A DNA stretch of 43,224 nt. Source: Prasinococcaceae sp. CCMP 1430 (lineage: Eukaryota; Plantae; Prasinodermophyta). How positions within the stretch are numbered: position 1 is the stretch's first letter; every line of letters starts with the position of its first letter. A program made the translations under genes and the position numbers. The DNA lies in the NCBI GenBank assembly GCA_013416795.1, contig RQSC01000824.1, forward strand, positions 1-43,224. The letters are read 5' to 3'. The notes beneath the pieces are model-generated. The model ran no database searches, was not told where the DNA came from, and worked only from the letters and a program-made list of their open reading frames with translations. Positions 41,430 through 43,224 of this stretch are shown piece after piece.

Positions 41430-41679
41430 CGCCGCGTGTCGGGGACGCGCACGCGCGACCGCAACCACAAGCACAAGGACGTGCGCGCGTGCGCGCTTGC
41501 GCGCGGGCGAGGGAGAGGGCGGCAGGGATCCTCACGCCGCGCACGCGCTGTGGCGCCTCCCCCCCCCCCCNATCTTCTGTACAGTAAACATTTTCTGTGA
41601 ACCCAAATTTCGAACGAGATGGACCCTACTACCATCAGACGGCACAAAACCTTAAAACGGGAAAACCTAAACCCCAAAC

Positions 41680-42846
41680 CAGCGCGTCGGCGACAGCCGT
41701 CGCGGCGGCCACGGCGCCGCCGCTCGCGGCCGCGCCCCCGCTCGCCTGTTTGCGTGTGTGGGTGTGTGCGTGTGTGCGTGTGCGTGTGTGCGTGTGCGTG
41801 TGTGCGTGTGTGTGAGTGTGTGTGTGGGCGTGCGCGTGTGTGCACGCGCGTGGCCATTCGCTCTTGCGCGTCAGCGAGAGTGCGCGAATGCGTACGTGCG
41901 CACACGCACGCGCGCGTGTGCGTGCGTGTGCATGTGCGTGCGCATGCCCACTCGAAATCGTACACACACCAGCGCTCACTCACACACGCAAACACACACA
42001 CACACACACACGCACGCACACACACACGCACACACACACACACACGCGCGCGCGTGCACACACCGCCGCTCCGCCGAGCCTCTTCCCAGCCCCCGCCGCC
42101 GCCGCCGCGCCGCCCGCGGCCGCCCCCCTCCTCGCGCGCGTGAGCCCCCAGTCGACGTCCTCGACGGCGTACGCGTTGAGGTCGGAGAAGGCCGCGGGGG
42201 CCGCCCACAGGCCGTCCGCGGAGCCCGCAGCGCCGGAGGCGCCGGAGACGCCACTGTTGACACACACACACACACGTGCGTGTGTGTGCGCGCGTGTGTG
42301 TGTATGCGTGTGTGCGTGTGTGTGTGTGAGTGTGTGTGTGTGTGTGTGTGCATGTGTGTGTGTGTGCCAGTGTGTGTTTGTGCGTGTGTGTATGTATGTG
42401 TGTATGTATGTGTGTGTGTGTGTGTGTGTATGCGTGTGTGTGTATGCATGTGCGCGTCAGCATACGCTCTTGTGCGTGCGTACACAAGCATGCGCGCGCG
42501 TGCGCGAGCGCGCGTGTCGCGCTCGTGCGTCTGCGCACCTGTGCACGTAGTCCGCGAGCATCTTCGACGCCTCGTACTCGCTGAACACGCGCGCCAGCGC
42601 CGACGCGCGCGTCGCGCCAGCCCACTCCCACGCGCCCGCGCCCTCCCCCTCTGAAACACAGGCCACGCCGGTGTGTGTGTGCGCGCGTGTGTGTGTGTGT
42701 GTGCGTCAGCAAACGCGCACGTGCGCGTGTTCGCACGCCTCAGGCGTGTGTGTGCGTGCCCTGTCAGTCCCTCCCCTGCGCGTGCTCGTACGTGCACATG
42801 CGCGTACACGCATGCGCTCAAACACACACACACACAAGCACACACA

Positions 42847-42883
<37 letters not shown>

Positions 42884-43117
42884 ACACGAACACACACAAA
42901 CACACACACGCACACAAGCACACACAAACGCACCTCCTCCCCCCGCGCGCGTCTTCCTGCGTCGCCGCACGCGGCGCACGCGCAGCAGCACGCCGCGGCA
43001 GCGCCCGCGGTACTCGAGCTGCACGCCGCCGCCGGCGAGGCGAGGCGCCGACGACCCGAAGGACTCCGCGGCGTCCGCGGCGGCAGAGGCGGAGGCCGCC
43101 GCGGCCGCGCCGGCGTC
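41680..43117 (-). CDS. Internal exons of an unidentified protein: 43117-42934, 42650-42539, 42253-42064, 41745-41680; both ends outside the window or beyond the join at 41571
   Basis: Four GT-AG exons with consistent phases (1, 2, 0) splice to ..VQLEYRGRCRGVLLRVRRV..|EGEGAGAWEWAGATRASALARVFSEYEASKMLADYVHR|SG..GLWAAPAAFSDLNAYAVEDVDWGL..|ASGG..AVADAL; family not recognised. Confidence 0.75.
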
Positions 43118-43133
43118 CTGCCGATGCGCGCGG

Positions 43134-43137
43134 GTGT

Positions 43138-43224
<87 letters not shown>
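43134..43224 (+). repeat. (GT)n microsatellite (CA-rich 3' half of a minus-strand intron)
   Basis: Direct inspection. Confidence 0.95.

Noticed and set aside
28752-41655. Long plus-strand ORFs over the ankyrin array (e.g. 28752-30245, 35449-36357, 39001-40272)
   Set aside because: They are antisense shadows of the 99-nt periodic ankyrin coding sequence

Overview
Eukaryotic, GC-rich (about 70%), intron-containing nuclear DNA from a green-lineage alga. A prasinophyte/Prasinoderma-type genome is inferred from plant-like CYP23, PEX14, NUP155 and ATE1 orthologues and from (GT)/(CA)/(CG)-rich introns. It is a draft scaffold with four N gaps and two single-N joins. Housekeeping content: a Pro-rich cell-wall-type protein with a duplicated globular domain, a cystatin, cyclophilin CYP23, an extended-SDR sugar epimerase, exon 1 of beta-tubulin, a VPS13 C-terminal fragment, ATE1, PEX14, NUP155 and an unidentified multi-exon gene. 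Two tandem gene arrays dominate the accessory part. (i) Three GT92/DUF23-like glycosyltransferases (10.4-19.2 kb) have hypervariable loops, mosaic ancestry and a first copy that overlaps the VPS13 frame. (ii) Six intron-poor ankyrin-repeat genes plus two orphan 3' fragments (28.9-41.5 kb) keep an invariant framework and vary at the binding-surface positions, like a natural DARPin library, with repeat shuffling, a fusion gene and a candidate nascent intron made by tandem duplication of an AG|GT site. Host-type introns are polarised, GT-rich at the 5' end and CA-rich at the 3' end, so they could fold back on themselves. Several housekeeping genes show frame breaks or missing exons that may be assembly errors.
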